Assembly: GCA_963832105.1 (NCBI GenBank)
Contig: CAWHSS010000003.1
Location: 280,131-344,130 of the forward strand
Origin: an uncultured Chloroflexia bacterium
GTDB taxonomy: Bacteria > Chloroflexota > Limnocylindria > Limnocylindrales > CSP1-4
Length of the DNA stretch: 64,000 nucleotides
Direction of reading: 5' to 3'
Below the pieces are notes generated by a model. That model was given only the letters and a program-made list of their open reading frames with translations, did no database searches and was not told the DNA's origin. A program made the position numbers and the translations under genes. Each line of letters opens with the position of its first letter. The stretch's first letter is position 1. Positions 59,690-64,000 of the stretch are shown one piece after another.

Positions 59690-60058
59690 CGGCGGACCTC
59701 CGTGCGCTCCGGATCGGCGCCCGAGCCACGCCGCGAGCGTCTTCTCGCCGTCCTCGAACAGCTTCCGGTAGGGGTGGACCCGCTCGGCGCCCGCGGCGAG
59801 TGCGCGTCGGCGCAGCTCCGCGTCGTCGTGCTGGCCGACGGCGAGAACCCTGCGGCCGGCGTCGGCGGCCTTCCGGACGGCCACGATTCCGTCGTAGGCG
59901 CGGGCCGTGAGGTCGACGATCACCGCGTCGGCCGCCGGCAGCGCCTGGTTGAGCGCGGCGAGGGTCCGGACGGGGGCCGCGTCGGCGCCGGCCGCCTGGA
60001 CCTGGGCGATGAGGCGGGTCGACCAGATCAGGTCGTCGGCGAGGACGAGGACGCGCAC
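59686..60058 (-). CDS. Receiver (CheY-like)-related small protein. As assembled it is in frame with the M24 gene and has no stop.
   Basis: 'VRVLVLADDLIWSTRL...ADAVIVDLTARAYDGIVAVRKAADAGRRVLAVGQHDD'. An alternative frame near the 3' end gives '..GADPERTEVRR' and a TGA that overlaps the pepP-like ATG. Confidence 0.35.
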
Positions 60059-60074
60059 GCTCGAATGCTCGGCG

Positions 60075-60575
60075 TCAGCCGAGCGTCCTCGCGAGGTGGC
60101 GGAAGACGTCGCGCGCCGTGACGACGCCGGTCGGCCGGCCACCCTCGACGATCGGGATGTGGCGAAAGCCGCCGACGGCCATCTTGTTGATCGCCACCGC
60201 CACGGTGTCGTCGTGGCGGACGACGACAGGGTCGCGGGTCATGAGATCGGCGATCGGGCGGGCCTTGAGCTCGCGGCCGGCAACCTTGAGCACGGCGTCC
60301 CGGTCGGTGAAGATGCCGACGAGGCGCCCGCCGTCGACGACGAGGACGCAGTCGGTGCCGTTGTCGTGCATTCGCCGCACGGCTTCGTCGGCATCGGCGG
60401 TCACGTCGATGATCTCGGGCTCGCCGGCCTCGAGCGTATCGAGGTGGACGCCGAGGACCGGGCCGCGGTACGTCGTCGCCGCCTGGGGCGTGTCATGACC
60501 GGCGAGGTCGGCGCCGCAGTTGTCGCAGATGTCCGAGCCGATCAGGTTTTCGAAGCCGCATTGCGGGCAGCGCAT
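60075..60575 (-). CDS. Zinc-ribbon plus tandem CBS domain protein.
   Basis: 'MRCPQCGFENLIGSDICDNCG' is followed by two CBS repeats ('CVLVVDGGRLVGIFTDRD', 'HIPIVEGGRPTGVVTARD'). Confidence 0.7.
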   Translation of the reverse strand: MRCPQCGFENLIGSDICDNCGADLAGHDTPQAATTYRGPVLGVHLDTLEAGEPEIIDVTADADEAVRRMHDNGTDCVLVVDGGRLVGIFTDRDAVLKVAGRELKARPIADLMTRDPVVVRHDDTVAVAINKMAVGGFRHIPIVEGGRPTGVVTARDVFRHLARTLG

Positions 60576-60601
60576 CAGTCCCTCCGCCCCCAGGTGGTTG
60601 G

Positions 60602-63542
<2,941 letters not shown>

Positions 63543-63546
<4 letters not shown>

Positions 63547-64000
63547 CCGCCCTCTGCCTTGCGCATGCGCTGGTGGGGTCGGGGCGGCAGGTTCAGGAGC
63601 TCCTCCGGGAACGCTTCGGCGAGGTACTTCAGGATGTCCTGCGGCCGGACGACGCCGATCAGGTGGTCCTCGTCGTCGAGGAGCGGGACGTTCCGATAGC
63701 GACCGGTCTGCATCAGCTCGATCGCGTCGCGGACCGTCTCCTCGAGGTGGAGGTGGTGCGGCTTCGTCGTCATCATCGTCTCGACGGGCTGGGCGAGGTC
63801 GACGTCGCCGCCGACGATGCGGCCGAAGATGTCGCGCTCGGTCAGGACGCCGGCGAGCGTGCCGTCGGGGTTGGCGACGAACACCGAATCGCCCGTCCCC
63901 GTCCGCCGGATCGCGGCGATGCAGTCGGCGAGACTGGTGCCGGGCTGGACGGTAACGGGTTCACGTCGGCTGAGGACCTTGAGGCGCTCGTCCGCAACGG
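63543..64000 (-). CDS. CBS-domain protein. The 5' end lies outside the window.
   Basis: '[23 protein letters not shown]...[27 protein letters not shown]'. The frame is open to the window edge. The stop overlaps the korA ATG. Confidence 0.6.

Overview
This is a high-GC (about 70% by eye) bacterial chromosomal segment. I recognised no rRNA, tRNA, CRISPR array, integrase or transposase. The gene content (F420-type LLM oxidoreductase, MarP-like CvpA-protease, PPK2, KorAB, citramalate route to isoleucine) suggests Actinomycetota or Chloroflexota, but this cannot be settled without a search.

Layout:
- 1-10.3 kb is an envelope/matrix neighbourhood. It holds a GT2/O-antigen-ligase-like membrane protein, a large BNR/PKD secreted protein, an alginate-lyase-like protein, and a SipW-type signal peptidase operon with a TasA/camelysin-like subunit and an Fn3 substrate.
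- 10.6-14.8 kb is a tightly coupled acyl-CoA operon: ACAD, ADP-forming acyl-CoA synthetase alpha and beta, and enoyl-CoA hydratase.
- 15-26 kb holds a second lyase-like paralog, a SHOCT peptide, ALDH, PPK2, an orphan ParA, a DUF853/HerA-like ATPase, DUF4332, and a second large secreted protein.
- 26.3-36.2 kb is one long minus-strand amino-acid biosynthesis operon: leader/attenuator-ilvB-ilvN-ilvC-leuA-leuB-cimA-(free LeuA regulatory domain)-pheA.
- 36.5-40.1 kb holds a GGDEF/EAL sensor, DUF5317 and a micropeptide.
- 40.2-48.9 kb holds leuCD, a lipoprotein, a MarP-like protease, ilvD, LLM and an M20 peptidase.
- 49-53.8 kb holds two tiny ORFs, then MarR and fabD-fabF-fabF.
- 53.8-64 kb holds CopA with a C-terminal cupredoxin, ogt, DUF4396, an M24 peptidase, CBS proteins and korAB.

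Main caveat: I count roughly 40 reading-frame breaks, including in ilvB, leuB, fabD and korA. Several sit in homopolymer or simple-repeat runs, so most are probably consensus indel errors. Frameshifted genes are therefore reported as single loci.

The most interesting observations are these:
- the SipW/TasA-like operon;
- an uncharacterised ~135-aa domain present three times at the C-terminus of two otherwise unrelated secreted proteins;
- a family of inverted-repeat-bounded intergenic elements with conserved CACATG...CATGTG cores at three loci;
- a three-hairpin 72-nt periodic spacer inside the ilv operon;
- a Leu-rich leader-peptide attenuator before ilvB;
- a free-standing LeuA regulatory domain;
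- the CopA-cupredoxin fusion.
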